DNA of 64,000 bases from positions 11,081,655 to 11,145,654 of the forward strand of contig CAJINV010000004.1 of the NCBI GenBank assembly GCA_905178155.1, given 5' to 3'. Source of the DNA: Amoebophrya sp. A120 (taxonomy: Eukaryota > Protista > Dinoflagellata). Positions 11,979-24,519 of this stretch are shown in pieces. Under the pieces are notes generated by a model. It was not told where the DNA came from, did no database searches, and saw nothing but the letters and a program-made list of their open reading frames with translations. Every line of letters starts with the position of its first letter. Position 1 is the stretch's first letter. A program made the translations under genes and the position numbers.

Positions 11979-14900
11979 TCAGCCAGCACCTCCCCCGGCT
12001 GCACTTCTGAACGCGGCCAGCGCCGTCAAGACCTCCTCCCACCCGGTCTCCGTTTCTTGGTTGGCGCTCTCCGTTGCAAGCCTCTCCGTCGCAAGCAACA
12101 GCTGCTCTGCTCCCTCGTGGTCCGACTCCGCCACTTGATCCAGGATCGACAAAGCGATTTCTTGGAGGTCCAAAGGGTCCGGACGACACGCTAGCTCGCG
12201 CAACAGTTCCTGCTTCACCTGAACGGCATCCTCCGGCGCAGGGATTGCCCTCACCTGGGCCTTCCAGAACTCCGTGGACAAAGCGTGGTGATCAACAGTG
12301 GCGTGTTGGTGTTGCCCACCTGGTGCAGCAGGTGCCCTGTGGTGTTTGTCGATAAAATCTGCCTGTAACAGGTCCAACAGCCTTCGAAGGAAAGTTGCCC
12401 GGATCGAGGTGTATTTCTTCCCGAGGGTTTTACTAGTAGGCTTGTTTGGAAGATTTTCGCTCGCCGTTGTACCAACGTCCGCCGAAGACGACTGCAGATA
12501 GGAATTCGTCCCTTTATTCGACGAAGAAAGTGCACTGAGTGCGATTCCAAACCGCTTCAACGCTTTCGCACCCTTAGTGTTTTCTTGGTCCGCAGTGTAG
12601 TTTTCAGACGCCGCTGCAATCACATCTTGCAAGAACGCATCGACGCTTTGTTCATCTTCATCTTCAGTCGTGGGGCCGCCGGATCTCAACATCGTTGTAC
12701 TAAAAGCAGCGGCGCTCCCGGTCGACGCACGACCTGGTCCTGTTGCAACCTGCAGCTTCGCCGCGCAGACCATCCTCGCCAAATCCTGCCAGGACCACTT
12801 GTCCATCGTGATCGAGCGTACGAAACTGGTGTGCACCCCCAGCGACCGGTGCACGCCCGCGCAATTGAGGCAGAGAAAGACGCCGTGCGTCAGGCTCGCC
12901 CAGGACACCGAACTGTCCATCCTGGTGCAGTCCGCGCACTTGTGATTGTCCGTTTTCTCCCGCAGTTTGGTGAACAACTCCTGCAGAAACCCGCTATCCT
13001 GGTACAGGTGGTGACGGAGGGATTTTCTTACGGGATCTTCCCTCAGTACTGGCGTGCTACAGGAGTTCGAGCTCGAGTTGTCTTGGCGTGCATGATGTTG
13101 TACTATTTGTTCCGCGGGTGATGCGGGTTCAGACGCCGAGCTGTCGTCATCGTTCCAAGCCAAAATGGCGTTCGCTTTCGTACCGCCGGTGCCTGTGGGT
13201 GTAGTCCTGGCTGGTGGCGTACTAAGGGGAAAATTTCACAAATACAAATATCTGCAAAAATTGATGCTTAAAGGACAAAACTGCAGAGAAGCAGGCGCTC
13301 AGTGTTATGCTTTTCAGCAATTCAGGCCCTGTCGGGCATCCTTGGGAGGGGCGCCAGAGCATTCATCTCAGGCGGTCGCCATTTAACCCGACCAAAGTCG
13401 CACCAGCGCGGGCCGCCTAGCAGGGCGGCACTAGGGCTCTTGGGGCCGCGCCAGGGTGCCCGGAATTCCGGCGCCATGCGGCGCATGCGGAGGCAGTAAT
13501 AGGCCGCGGCGAATCGCCGAAAGGCGAAAATCGCATCAAAATGACGCAGAAAAATGCTCGCGGGCGACTTCTCCGGCAGGGGTCGCCGGACCCCCCTGCC
13601 TTTTCATTTGTGGAAAGTTTCCAAGCGGGAATTGGGAATTTGGCTGTTCCGAAGGGCCCCAGATCTTGGGGTCTCCGGAGGGGTCGGGTCTGTTCATTTG
13701 TGAAAAGTTTCCGAGTGGGAATAGCGTTTTTTTGCTCCAATCACGAGCTAAACGACAAACCGCATCGGCGGACTCGACGAAAAGGAAAGGCAGCAGCCTT
13801 CTGATTTTGTTGTTGAAGTATATGCATGCTCGTGGTCGTCCGGTATGGCTTCCAGCGACGCCAAACCCTCCGGACCTTGCCGGACAGAAGAACGCCGCGC
13901 GCTGTTGCTGTGCTGCTGTTCGACTCACCGGCGTTGCGTTTCGCAGACCCTGGACCCCCTCCCAGCAGCCCTGAAGCCTCTAAGGACCAATTTTTGCAGA
14001 TATTTGTATTTGTGAAATTTTCCACTCAGTATGGCGGTACAAGTATTGAAGCGGCTTTGTTGATGTCCTTGTCTACCTCGTAATCAACATGATCCGGCTG
14101 CAGATTCACTTCCTTCGGAGTAGAACCGGCCTGGTGACGAGAAGTCAAATTTATGCCCTCTAGTTGTACTGCGCCCGTGGTCACGGCGACTTTTTCCGCG
14201 AGCCCAACCTGCCCTAGAACTGCGGTGACCTGCGCAAACACCTTATCGACGGTTGCGGCAACGAATTTCTGACTGACTGTCTTGTTCGCTGACAGACCAA
14301 GCAGCTCTTCCCCGCCCCGCGCTTGCGAAATTTGCGCCGCTGCGGGGAACAGTTCTTTCGTGGTGAAGTCGAGAAACTGCACTAACTGCCTGTATAACTG
14401 CCGCCTTTTCACTGCGATCCGGTTCTTCAACCCCTCCAAATCACTCCCGTGCACGTGCGAAAAGTGGTCTTTCGCCTGGTGGACCAAGGCGAGTAGGTTG
14501 CACTGCACCATCTTCTGATCGGTTTTCGCGATCAGCTTCTCCATCGCCTCGTCGATTTGCTGCGTGAAAGATTGCGCAATGTAGTTCTCCTGGCCGGACT
14601 GCTTGGAAACCTGGAGGGCGAGGGACTTTTCTTCCGTGTCGAGGAAAGCCAGCTTCAAGTCGATCTCCTCTAAACGCTGTAGAAGTTGCTTTTTTTCGGA
14701 GTCGAGTTGTATTCGCTGCGTGCGCAGCTCGTCCAGCTTCGCTATCGCGGCCGTGCCCTGGTCATGAATGTCGTTGACGACCTGGATTTTGTTTGTACAA
14801 TAAAGAAAAGTGGGATTCATCGCATTTTTATGTGCTGGATCTTCATCATGAGTGACATCTACATCAGGAGCATGATACAGAACGGCTATATCAATCTAGG

Positions 14901-17900
14901 TACACATTTTTGGATAGACACAGCCTTATCATCTCCTCCCACTTAGTACCTCTTTTCTCCGTCGCTCCAAATCCGCCTGGCTGAGGCTCAATTTCTTCAC
15001 GATGGCGTCTGTCTCCGCCATGTTCTTGGTCAGGGATTCCACCATGCTCGAGCTTTCCACCACCGCAGCCTTCCCTTTTTTCCGAACGTTTTCCGTTCGC
15101 GCTTGGAGTTTCAGGACCATCGTCAACAGCAACAGCAACTTGTCCTGTGCAAAAGTATCGCACTCGTATAAATGCAAATGTTCGCTCGTTGTGGATCGGC
15201 TCTGCCGACCGGGTAACCCATCGCCTCACATACAAAGGACCGACATAGGCGAACCCCGTTGCGGGACATACAAATTGGCCGAACGGAAGGGCCCTAAGCG
15301 CTACATACATAGTTCACCCTAAGCGCCTACCACTTCGGTCGGGACTGAGTCTACCTGGTCCTGGGGGTCTACAGCGCACTAGCCCTCTGCTAGCATAAAC
15401 AGATTGGGCTCTACAAACTGATCTAACTTCTTGCAACAGTAAGGCCATCACAGAGGTGCGCTAAAACGGGTTCGGGGCGCTCCGTACGGAAGGGAGCCTT
15501 TCGACGCGGCGTACACGAGGCAAATCTTGTTCCCGAGGCAAATCAGCATTACAAATTTTATTCCTCATGCTACGGAAATTTGTAATGCATTTATACGAGT
15601 ACGGTACTTTTACAGTTCATACAACTGCTCCACGGACCTCGCGCACGCAGCGAGTTTCGTCACCCAGTTGTCTTCGTGCAGTCTCCTTTGCAGCAACAGC
15701 TTTCTGGACACGGTTTGCGCCCGCTCCGCGTTTCGTAAATCCTTCTGATCAGTCACGGTCTGCTCGAGCAGGGGCAGGACCAAGTCCCGCACCAGCAACG
15801 CGAACGTCGTATCTTCTACCCCATACTCCCTATGAATCACGCTGTTTTTCGACCGATCGTCCGCGTTGAGCAGAGTGGAAGAGAAAAAGATCCCGCTGCT
15901 CCTCGTGCGCGAGAACAAACCTGGGCTCTGGTCGTCCCCAGAAACGAGGTTCATGTATTGCGGAAGGTTCTGAATCTGCACCGACCCCGGGCCGGAGAGC
16001 TCGGGAAATTGCGAAGATGATGATCCTGCTGTAGAAGACCCGTTGCTCTTAACGTTACTGCTGGTGGAGCCACCACCTCCGGAATAATTTCCGGATGATC
16101 CATTCGTGATTGCAGCAGGGTTGGTCGAGGAGCTTGAGCCTCCTTTTTGGTGATAGTACCTCGACGACGCGTTTGGGAGATTTTCACTGTTGTACTGATC
16201 TCCACTGTAGCTCCTGCCCCTACTTCCGCCCGCGACAGCGGAAGAAGACAACAGTTTTTGCGGACTGCCGTCCTGATTCACGTTCGATCCCACTGAGCTG
16301 CAAATTTCGCTCAGTCGCATCTCTAAGGTTTTGATTTCCTTCTCGACCAGCGGTGCATCGCGCTGACGCAGCAAGGTGCAGGTTTGGCCGGTGCCACCAG
16401 CGGGGGCCCCACCAGCCGCACCCTTATTTCCACCTTGCAGCTCCACCGCAAAAGCCGCTGAAAAGTCGATCACGCCTAAATGGTCTTGCTCCGAGTCCTT
16501 CAGCCAGGAAAGAACCTGCACTGCCTGCTTGGTTTGCTGCAAAGCCTCTAGCAGAACGCCGTTCAGTCTGTTCGTCCGGAGCGTCAATTCGAAAAACTCC
16601 AGGCACGTCTGGAGAAATTCGGGCGGGTAGTTGCTGCTTTTCTGCTCCAGAACTGCCGGAAAATGGTCCTCCTGGACCAGTAGCTGCGCTTCGAGGTTAA
16701 CAGCTTCTTTCTCACGATCAGGAGCTGCAACCGTCATACTCGAAGCTGCCGTCGTGGTGCTTTCTGTCGTGTCGTCTTCAAAAGGCGAAGAGCTGGACGG
16801 TCTCGCGGGGACTCCTTCTTTCAACGTCTCCGCGCTTCGAGGGTGGTTCTTGATGTTTCCAGAGGAGTGAAGATCATCTTCTTCGCTGTACGTCCGTCGC
16901 CTGTCTCTACTACCGGTTGAGGATGACCCGGCGGCGCTTGTGGACGACAAAACGCTGTCCCCGAATGGGTTACTGGAATTTGCGCTATCTCCAAAGATAT
17001 CACTTCGTCGATCCCTTCCAGGCGACCAGGCTGAGGGGTTTCCGGTTTGCTTTTGCATTTGCTGTGCCTGTGCCGTGGCAGTCGCATGAATTTTTTCACC
17101 AGCTGGTCCCACCTCCACTGGTCCGGCGTCTGCACTTCTCGTCGGCACCTCCGCCTTTTGTTCGTCTGTCGGTGACCGCCGCGTCGGCGTGGGCACGAAA
17201 AAACCGCCGTCCGTTGCGTCCGTGCTTGTGATCACAGCTGCTCCGGTGGAAGAAAAACTGGCAACGTCCGCAGTCGGAGAGACCATGTCTCCGAGCGGCG
17301 GTTTCGGTGGCGCTTTCAACTGCACCGCACGCGCCGCGGGTGCGAAAACAGAACTGGATGTTGATGAAGCTGGAGTAGCGGACAGTTTCTTCACCGTGAT
17401 TCCACTTGTCGTGGACATCCCGTTCGGTCCCGGTGGCGGTGGTGGGGACAGCCTCGCCGTTCCCGCACCACTTAAAGCTCCTGCTCCACTTCCTGACGCG
17501 GCCCCAGCGACAGCGGTCCTTTCCGCGTCTAGGCCAGCAATGTGGGAGAATAAAAACTCTATCGCCTGCGTCCGTAGCAGAATCTGCCGAAAGCTGAAAA
17601 TCTTCTTGGGTTGCAGTTTGTCATGGATCGCAAAGGCGGGCTGATCGATCAGTTGCTGGGCGAGGTGAAGCTGCAATGCGCGATAGCTGGAAGCCGATCC
17701 AGATGGAGATGATCCCGCATCATCAATCTGATTGTTCTTCTTCGAAACGATGCCAAGCAATTGGTGGCTTACCGCGCTGGCCGCCAGGTCCTCCGCCGGT
17801 CGGACCAAGGACGCAATCCACTTCCTGAGCAGATTCTGCGCCGCAGCCAGGTCGTGGTGCGGCTGCTTCGCCGCCTCGGAGACCAGTGCCTCCTCCAACT

Positions 17901-18120
17901 CCGAGGCGATTTGCGGGTAGCGCTCGAAGGGCAGACGGTACTGGCGAGAGGAAACATACGATGCATTTCCACCATGATGATCTTGCTGGCTCGGCGTGCT
18001 GCCTCCTTGGATTGAGATCGCCGTGCGGTCAAGATGAAGAACTGCAGGAGTGTCGGCAACGCCCCCCTGGCGATTTTGTGGGTTCCCCGAGCCGCCGAGA
18101 GTTGAAACGAGCCAATCCAT
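11979..18120 (-). CDS. Large coiled-coil protein with a C-terminal-half ArfGAP domain (4 exons)
   Basis: ArfGAP motif CADC..WASLTHGVFLCLNCAGVHRSLGVHTSFVRSITMDKW. ORFs 15610-18309, 14929-15177, 14026-14820 and 11979-13163 join in frame via element 15141-15621, GT-AG intron 14782-14949 and element 13220-14031. Confidence 0.8.
13220..14031. mobile_element. Long GC-rich TIR introner (812 bp), TAC...GTA termini, TSD TGGCG
   Basis: ~50-bp TIR TACTAAGGGGAAAATTTCACAAATACAAATATCTGCAAAAATTG vs reverse complement TACTGAGTGGAAAATTTCACAAATACAAATATCTGCAAAAATTG. TGGCG at 13215-13219 and 14032-14036. Join gives LVPP|PARTT. Confidence 0.92.
15141..15621. mobile_element. TIR introner, family A, with a nested 340-bp insert, TSD CAACT
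   Basis: TGTCCTGTGCAAAAGTATCG...CGGTACTTTTACAGTTCATA. CAACT at 15136-15140 and 15622-15626. Join gives VEQL|LLLLTMV. Confidence 0.88.
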
Positions 18121-18565
18121 TTTCTGCTTACGAAACGCTTTGCGCTGAATGCTCACAAGGACTTGGAAGGCGAAATCGAAGCTTCCTGCAGTAGATCTTC
18201 TGAAGCGATAAAAGAAGTTGAAGACTACGCCGTTCCTGCCGTCGTTGCAAGAACGAACCTTGAGACGAATAGGTACGGTATGTTGGTCAGGCCTCTCCTT
18301 GGTACACAAATACAGCGAACACTAACGATCAAAATGTAGCTGAGCGTCAAGAAAATGGAGACGACCGGAGGCACGACGTCCAAGGCGCTTGATGCTTCGA
18401 TTTGAATGTTGAACTTTGCTTGGAATGTGATGCAAAAAATGTTGTCGTGAGATTGTGTCGCTATGTGTATGTGCTTGCTCGAGAAACACGTAAGAGTTCG
18501 AGGTCAAGCGAAACCAGTGAAAGAAGTGTGTCAACAGACGCCTTGCAAGGGCTTTTCCTTTTCAT

Positions 18566-20197
18566 CTATTTCTTCCCTCCCCGCTTCCTCGAGAGCGCGT
18601 CTTCGTAGAAGGGTTTGATCGGCCTCTGCACGGGTTCCGTGAAGACGTGGTCCGCCGCAAGTTCGTAGTTCCTATCGCTGTCAGGCGCATTTCTTGCACC
18701 GCATTGCAAGAAGCGGGCTGGTCGTGCTGGCGCCGCACGAGTTGTTGTGCCAGTGCTGGCCATTGCTGCGAGGCGAGGAAGAGAACAAAAAGCGTCCTCA
18801 TCGCTACGATCACCTTCGCGTTTGATGATGTTCTGCAACGGCACATCTACTTCCGGTGATGTTACATCCCTTGGTGCTGTTGGTGACGCTCGTTGTACTT
18901 GTGATACTGCATCGAAGCTACGTCGGCTAGGGGCGGTGGCAAAGGCAATTTGATCTTCTACCAAAATGTGCTGCTCCGGCACCTGTTCTTGGTCAAGAGA
19001 AATAACGTCGACCGGCTCGGGGAGTGGCTGCTCTTCGTCATTCTGATTCATGCGGTCCTCACGCCCGAGAGTTGGTAGTCTTGTCCTCACACACGACACA
19101 TACGGATACGCTTCCTCATCGTCCATTAGCAAGATGCTACTACTCGCACCATGCTCAGCCTCATTAGCACCGGTCGCAGCTCCTGTGAATATTTCTGCCC
19201 TTCCGATTGCCATGTCCTTCTCCTCCTGCACAATCTTTTGAAAAAATCCCTTCCCCACGATAAAGCACTCCGGGGAACTTGCACGACTGGCCCTCGGTTT
19301 GCAAATCACCACTTCGGCGAAATGCCGTTTCATCAACCGCACCACCGCGTTCTCGTTTTCCGGCCCCCGGAAAAGCTTGGCGATGAAGTTGGCGCCGGGT
19401 TTCAGGGTTTTGATTGCGACGTTCAGGGAGGCTTTGATGAGAAGGTGTTGCACATACTCGTCAAAGTCGTGGATCAAAGTGACATCTGGCGCGCCGTCCA
19501 TAACCAACAGGTCGGCCTTGCCGACGTGGAGGAGATTTTTGGCATCTTCTTCACTGTTGGTGGTGGTTTCGCTTCCGTCGCGGTGTTCAGCTGTCCGGTA
19601 CATTGCTTGTTCGTTTTCTTCTATCCGCCTCTTTTTGTTCACTTCCTCGTTTTTTCGTCCGTTGTCAATGTCCATTGGTGCTACGATACTGCCGGAGCAC
19701 GGGCCCGTCGGTTTTATTTCTGCACTCGCAGCACTAGCTGCTCCTGCTCTTCCATTCTGGAATGTCGCAATTGCCTCAGAAATTTGTTCACAGAGAAAGT
19801 CCGTCCTGGTAATGTCCCCGTAGAGGTAAGTGACCTTCTGCCGAAGCTCCGCCGTATCCAGATTCATCGCCTGTAAATCGACAGCAATGACTTGATCAAA
19901 ATACTTGGCCAAGACCTGGGTCCAGCTCCCGGGAGCGGCACAAAGGTCGATCACCACGCGGTGCCGCTTAGGTCGTATATTATTTTCAACGTCGGAGTTC
20001 CAAATATCAACATGCCGGACTTCTGCTGCATCAGGAGCATGAGGCTTCCCGCACTCCTCGGACGACCTCGAGTTCGTCTCAAACAAGTTACAGGTCTCGT
20101 TGACTTGAAGAAGCTTGAACGCCGACCTTGCCCGCAGACCCTGCTCTTTCGCCATGCGATAGTAGATATCGCGGCGGTCCTTCGTGGTTTTGCCCAT
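18566..20197 (-). CDS. TRM7: tRNA (cytidine32/guanosine34-2'-O)-methyltransferase, FtsJ/Trm7 family
   Basis: MGKTTKDRRDIYYRMAKEQGLRARSAFKLLQ, VIDLCAAPGSWTQVL, DGAPDVTLIHDFDEY, FIAKLFRG, KPRASRASSPECFIV. Single ORF with long insertions. Confidence 0.92.
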   Translation of the reverse strand: MGKTTKDRRDIYYRMAKEQGLRARSAFKLLQVNETCNLFETNSRSSEECGKPHAPDAAEVRHVDIWNSDVENNIRPKRHRVVIDLCAAPGSWTQVLAKYFDQVIAVDLQAMNLDTAELRQKVTYLYGDITRTDFLCEQISEAIATFQNGRAGAASAASAEIKPTGPCSGSIVAPMDIDNGRKNEEVNKKRRIEENEQAMYRTAEHRDGSETTTNSEEDAKNLLHVGKADLLVMDGAPDVTLIHDFDEYVQHLLIKASLNVAIKTLKPGANFIAKLFRGPENENAVVRLMKRHFAEVVICKPRASRASSPECFIVGKGFFQKIVQEEKDMAIGRAEIFTGAATGANEAEHGASSSILLMDDEEAYPYVSCVRTRLPTLGREDRMNQNDEEQPLPEPVDVISLDQEQVPEQHILVEDQIAFATAPSRRSFDAVSQVQRASPTAPRDVTSPEVDVPLQNIIKREGDRSDEDAFCSLPRLAAMASTGTTTRAAPARPARFLQCGARNAPDSDRNYELAADHVFTEPVQRPIKPFYEDALSRKRGGKK

Positions 20198-21350
20198 CCT
20201 TTTTGTGATGTGAGAGATGGTTAATATCACGGAACTTTCAATCAATACGGGGGCCAAGGATAAGGAAGAATGTACGCATCAAGAACTTCTAGGCGAGCCG
20301 CAGCCAGCGACGCTAAAAGCAACCTTTATCCATCCGACATATTGAATTTCCTTGCGATCTCGAAATCACTGGATACGCTTACGAATTTCGACAACTTCAT
20401 ACTTCAAGTTTGTCTGCGACATCATGGTATGCTCTTTCATTCCTCTTCGTCCTTTTATCGCAGACCAAGTCCCCCACCTCCAAAAGTGTAAGTGCTTAAT
20501 ATAAAAAGATAAAGAACCTCTAGATTTTCATTTATAATTTCAATTTCTGTCGCATTGTCATTGAATGAAGAACCTTCCAACTACACTCGGATCAAAAAGT
20601 GATCGAAGCGAAACTACAGCGACTGGGACGGTGACCGGACTACTTCTTTGTTCATGAAGCAACCACTTTCATCATGGATCGTGAGTGTGCTTCGTTTATG
20701 TTTCGTGATCTGAAAACTGCGATCGTGATCATTTTCGGACTAGTATTGTTCGGTTGAATTTGATCGGGGGCAGGAGAAAACTTTCTCTGGTGTTCGTATT
20801 CTTCTCCTGCGCATGCAGAGACCGGCGACTGCTTTCGAAGGTTTTATTATTTTTTTGTTCATTCCCAAAAGATCAAAATCCATTTTTGACGTATACAGTG
20901 TGAGTTTGTGCATTTTGGTTTTCATTCGCGACGAAACAAGAATTGAGAATTCAAGTTTTATTGCGAATTAATTTCATGAAAGGAACGTTGGGTTGTGCTT
21001 TGTCGTGCTCGTTGTTAAACTTTGACAGAGTGTTGCAGAAAGATGATATCGATTTCTTCATAACCACGTAAGCAAAGCTCAATCTGCTGTAAAAAAAACT
21101 GTATTCTCTGGATTGCAAAAAGTAATTTCAAATTGGTTAATGTAGCTACATGCTGGAAAGACAGAGTACATAATTTTGATTCATTGCGAAAAAGAAAAAC
21201 GCTAAAGGTGAAAGTCGTTTGTCTCGTACTACCTTTATCAGGTTCTTGATGATGATTAGTTCACCGAGCGGGGCTCGGCACAACTCCCTCCTCCGACACG
21301 CTCTTGTATTTTTTTTCGGAAAATACCTACGATCCTTCGTAGTTGTCGCC

Positions 21351-24300
21351 TCACACCCCTTCAAAAGCGTTCCACTCTGTGTTTGATTCTGGTCCCCAGA
21401 ATTTCTCCGGATCCTCGTGCTTCGTGCCGAAGCTCCCACTTGCAGCGGAGGACGTATTAATATTAAACTCGTTATCGTCCTCGACGTACGCGTACGGTAC
21501 CTGCACGGACATGCCGCTGCACATTCTGCGCGTTCTCGCCCGCTGTTCCTTAGAGCTTGGACACCTGTTAGAACAACAGCGCGCGGATATTGTGCGGATT
21601 TGGGTCCCTGGTGGCCCGCCCCGGGTGGCCCGCCCCTGGCTGGCCCGCCCCTGGCTGGCCCGCCCCTGGCTGGCCCACCCCTGGTTGCCCCACCGGCCCC
21701 TGGCCCAACCCTGGCCGCCCACCCTCCCCTGGCCCTCCTCTGGCCCACCCCTGCCCCACCGACCCCGGGCCCACCCTCCCCTGGCTCGCCCTCCCCTGCC
21801 CCACCGACCCCTGGCCCACCCCTGCGGCCCCTCCCCCAGTCCCTCCCCAAGCCCTTCCCCGACCGGGGCCATAGCAGCCTGGAAGGCCCCCCCGGAGGTT
21901 CCAGGGCAAGGAGGCCCGCCAGCTCCCAAAGCGGACGCGCCTTTGATGATCGCCGCGGATGGGCCATAGCAGCCTGCTAAAGCCCCCCGAGGGCACTTGG
22001 CAAGGCGCCAATCCCGATCGGGTACTCGATTCGCGGACTCGGCGGAGGGGGTCCGCGGATTTGTCGAAAGGGGGTCCGCGGATTTGTCGAAAAGCGGGTC
22101 CGCGGATTTGTCGCGGATTTGTACCAAAAAATCCGCGCCCGCACGCTATGGTGGATTTTTTGGGTCAGGAAACGGGCGCCACAAATCGTGCCTGTCCAAC
22201 AAATCCGCGGGGCCTTTTTTTTGGCCAGTCCGCGAACACTTTTTTGCCTCCTTGACGAAGGACTCCCAAGACGGAGGCTTGGCCAGGAAGTCCTGTCCAA
22301 CGAACCTTCCAGGGCTGAAGGCTCCTGGCCACTGCTACAGGTGAGTACCACCAACTCCGCAGTCTTGGGAGTCTGTCCCCGGCACCTGGCCTCCATGCCA
22401 GACAGACTCGCAAGGCCAAGGCGGAGGCGTGATTCCCAAGGCTGCAACGAAAAAATGGGCCGACCACCCACGAGCAATCGGCCAACATGCATGGGGCCAG
22501 GCCAGGCGTTTGCCGGGGTCGGCCGCGATCAGGGGTCGGAACGGGGTCCCCACCCCCCCGCCCCTGGCCGACCCTCCCCTAGCCCATCCCCGGCGCACCC
22601 CTGGCCTTGGGCGAGGGGCTGGGGGTCGGCAAGAGAGATCGACCGCGACGAGAGAAAAACTGTCGCACGTTTTCCATTTGAGTCATAATATCCGCACAAT
22701 ATCCGCGGCCGGGATTTCTAACTACCGTCCAAGCCGTAAGCTGTTCCTCGAGCCAGCCTGGCAGTGCCGCGTCAAACTCCAGCCAATTGACAGTCAAAAC
22801 CTCGTCCTCCACATCCAAGTCTCGGATCGCCCCAATCAGCCACAGTGCCTGTTCTCGCGTCAACAGCCCCGCGGCACTGGAACAGCGGTAGCGGCACTTG
22901 CTGTGGGTTTTCGGCTGTAGGCGATTGATTTCAACCGGATGGTCGTACAGGGAAGCCGGGTTGCAGCTCATATGATCTGGCGCTTCTTCCAAAACCGGAG
23001 CTGCGGACAATGCGGCGTTGACACGGTGGTCAAAAAGTTTCCGGATATCGACGCTCTTAGTTTTTGTGTCCTCGACTTGAGGTGGCGGTGGTCCCGCTGA
23101 GCCAGATGGTGCAGCAGGTGCAGAAGCAGCAGCTTTTTGTTCTTGCGAAGATGACCCACTGTTGTTGACACTGTAACTGTATTGATGAGAATTTCCTACC
23201 AGTAGGTACTCTCGCAGGAAGGTTAGCAACGCGTCAAAATTCACGAAGCTGCGGCCGGACTTTTTTGTACTACTGCGCAGGCTGGAATGCTTGCCGGACG
23301 AAGCAGCTGCGCTTTCCACAGACGATGATGTGGCAGCATCATCTATAGACGCAGATGAGGACACCGCGCGAGAAGAGCCCGCCCAGGACGGAAAGCGCAT
23401 GTTGCCAAGGAAGTTGGACAGGAGGCCGCGGCCGAAATAAGTCGGAGGTTTCAGAAAACTGTTCTTTGCAGAACAAATTTGATCCCTTCTAGTACACGAC
23501 GACCGCCTTTCAACATGTGGTCCATAATTCGCGGGGCCTTTTTCCGCGGCGTCTGCCGTCGGCGATCGGGGCGCGGCTTCTGACATGGGGGTTTTCGGGA
23601 AAGAATAACTACTATCACCTCCATCGGCGGTGGACTCGGAGACCACGATCATGCGCCGCAGCGGCCAGCGCTCTCGTCTTTGCTCGCTAATGATGTCCCG
23701 AAAGTCCGTCCTCGGGTAACGTCGCAAATCAAACGAAGAGCTAATGCAGTGACGCAGCAGGGAAGAAGATCTGGCGGATTTATCGTTATCAACATGATCT
23801 TCGACGTACGGATCGCATTCCGGCGGACAGTCGGTGTAGCTGTGATACGGTGTCGTGGCACTCGCACTACTTGTGCTTGTCGTAGGTGTTGCAACGTCCT
23901 CGTCTCGTGCGGTCTTGTAAGGTTCTGTTCCTGTTCGTTGACTTTGCAAGAATCTATCTTGTTCAGGAGGGCCCGCCCCCTGGTCGACGTCAACATCTAC
24001 ATCTGTGGTAGAGGTTGAAGTAGAAGATGAGTCCTTGGTTCTAGATGTGCTGGGCAGCATCATCCTGAATCGAAGCGGGCCGCCTTCGCGCTCAAATTGA
24101 AATTGATCAGTGACTGAAGTCCCCGGGCCGGCAACATCAGGATTGGTTGTGCTCGTATTAGATCGAAATGTGTGCAGCTTTGCTCGGTCGTGCTTGAAGA
24201 TGGCATCACCAGGAGTACAAGAATAGGGAATCGTCTGCGCCGGTGCGGCATGCAGAAACTTCCCGGCCAAGGCGTGCGCGTCTCGGGAGGTCAGCGGCGT

Positions 24301-24519
24301 CGGATAGGAGAAATTCGGGAGGGCCGCGCGCCACTGCGGACACCGAATCATGACAGACACGTCCGGCTCCAAAAATGGATCAATCATCGCGTTCGCGGGT
24401 CTAGTTCCCAGGAAGCGCGAGAGGCGGCGATGGACTGTGCGACCCTCCACAAGGCCCCCGGGGAAGAACGCAGCGGTCAGGTACGCGAGCGTTTTCGTGT
24501 GGTTCCACCTCATCTTCAT
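21351..24519 (-). CDS. Putative secreted low-complexity protein interrupted near its 3' end by the 1.1-kb element
   Basis: Signal-peptide-like MKMRWNHTKTLAYLTAAFFPGGLVEG. The ORF runs into the TIR at 22703. An open downstream frame ARCCSNRCPSS..WNAFEGV lies left of the element. Confidence 0.5.
21586..22703. mobile_element. 1.1-kb GC-rich TIR element of a different class (GATATTGTGCGGAT termini, CG/CGCG flanks)
   Basis: GCGGATATTGTGCGGAT (21583-21599) is the exact reverse complement of ATCCGCACAATATCCGC (22690-22706). Internal 15-bp CCCCTGGCTGGCCCG tandem units and GTCCGCGGATTTGTCG repeats. Confidence 0.8.

Noticed and set aside
13417-14025. ORFs inside the 812-bp element as a candidate transposase
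   Set aside because: Short (under 175 aa) with no DDE, zinc-finger or tyrosine-recombinase signature.
15180-15519. Group II intron or snRNA identity for the nested insert
   Set aside because: No GUGYG start, domain V consensus or recognisable U snRNA motifs seen by eye.
21146-22688. Many overlapping Gly/Pro/Arg-rich ORFs
   Set aside because: By-products of the GC-rich repeats inside the 1.1-kb element; no domain motifs.
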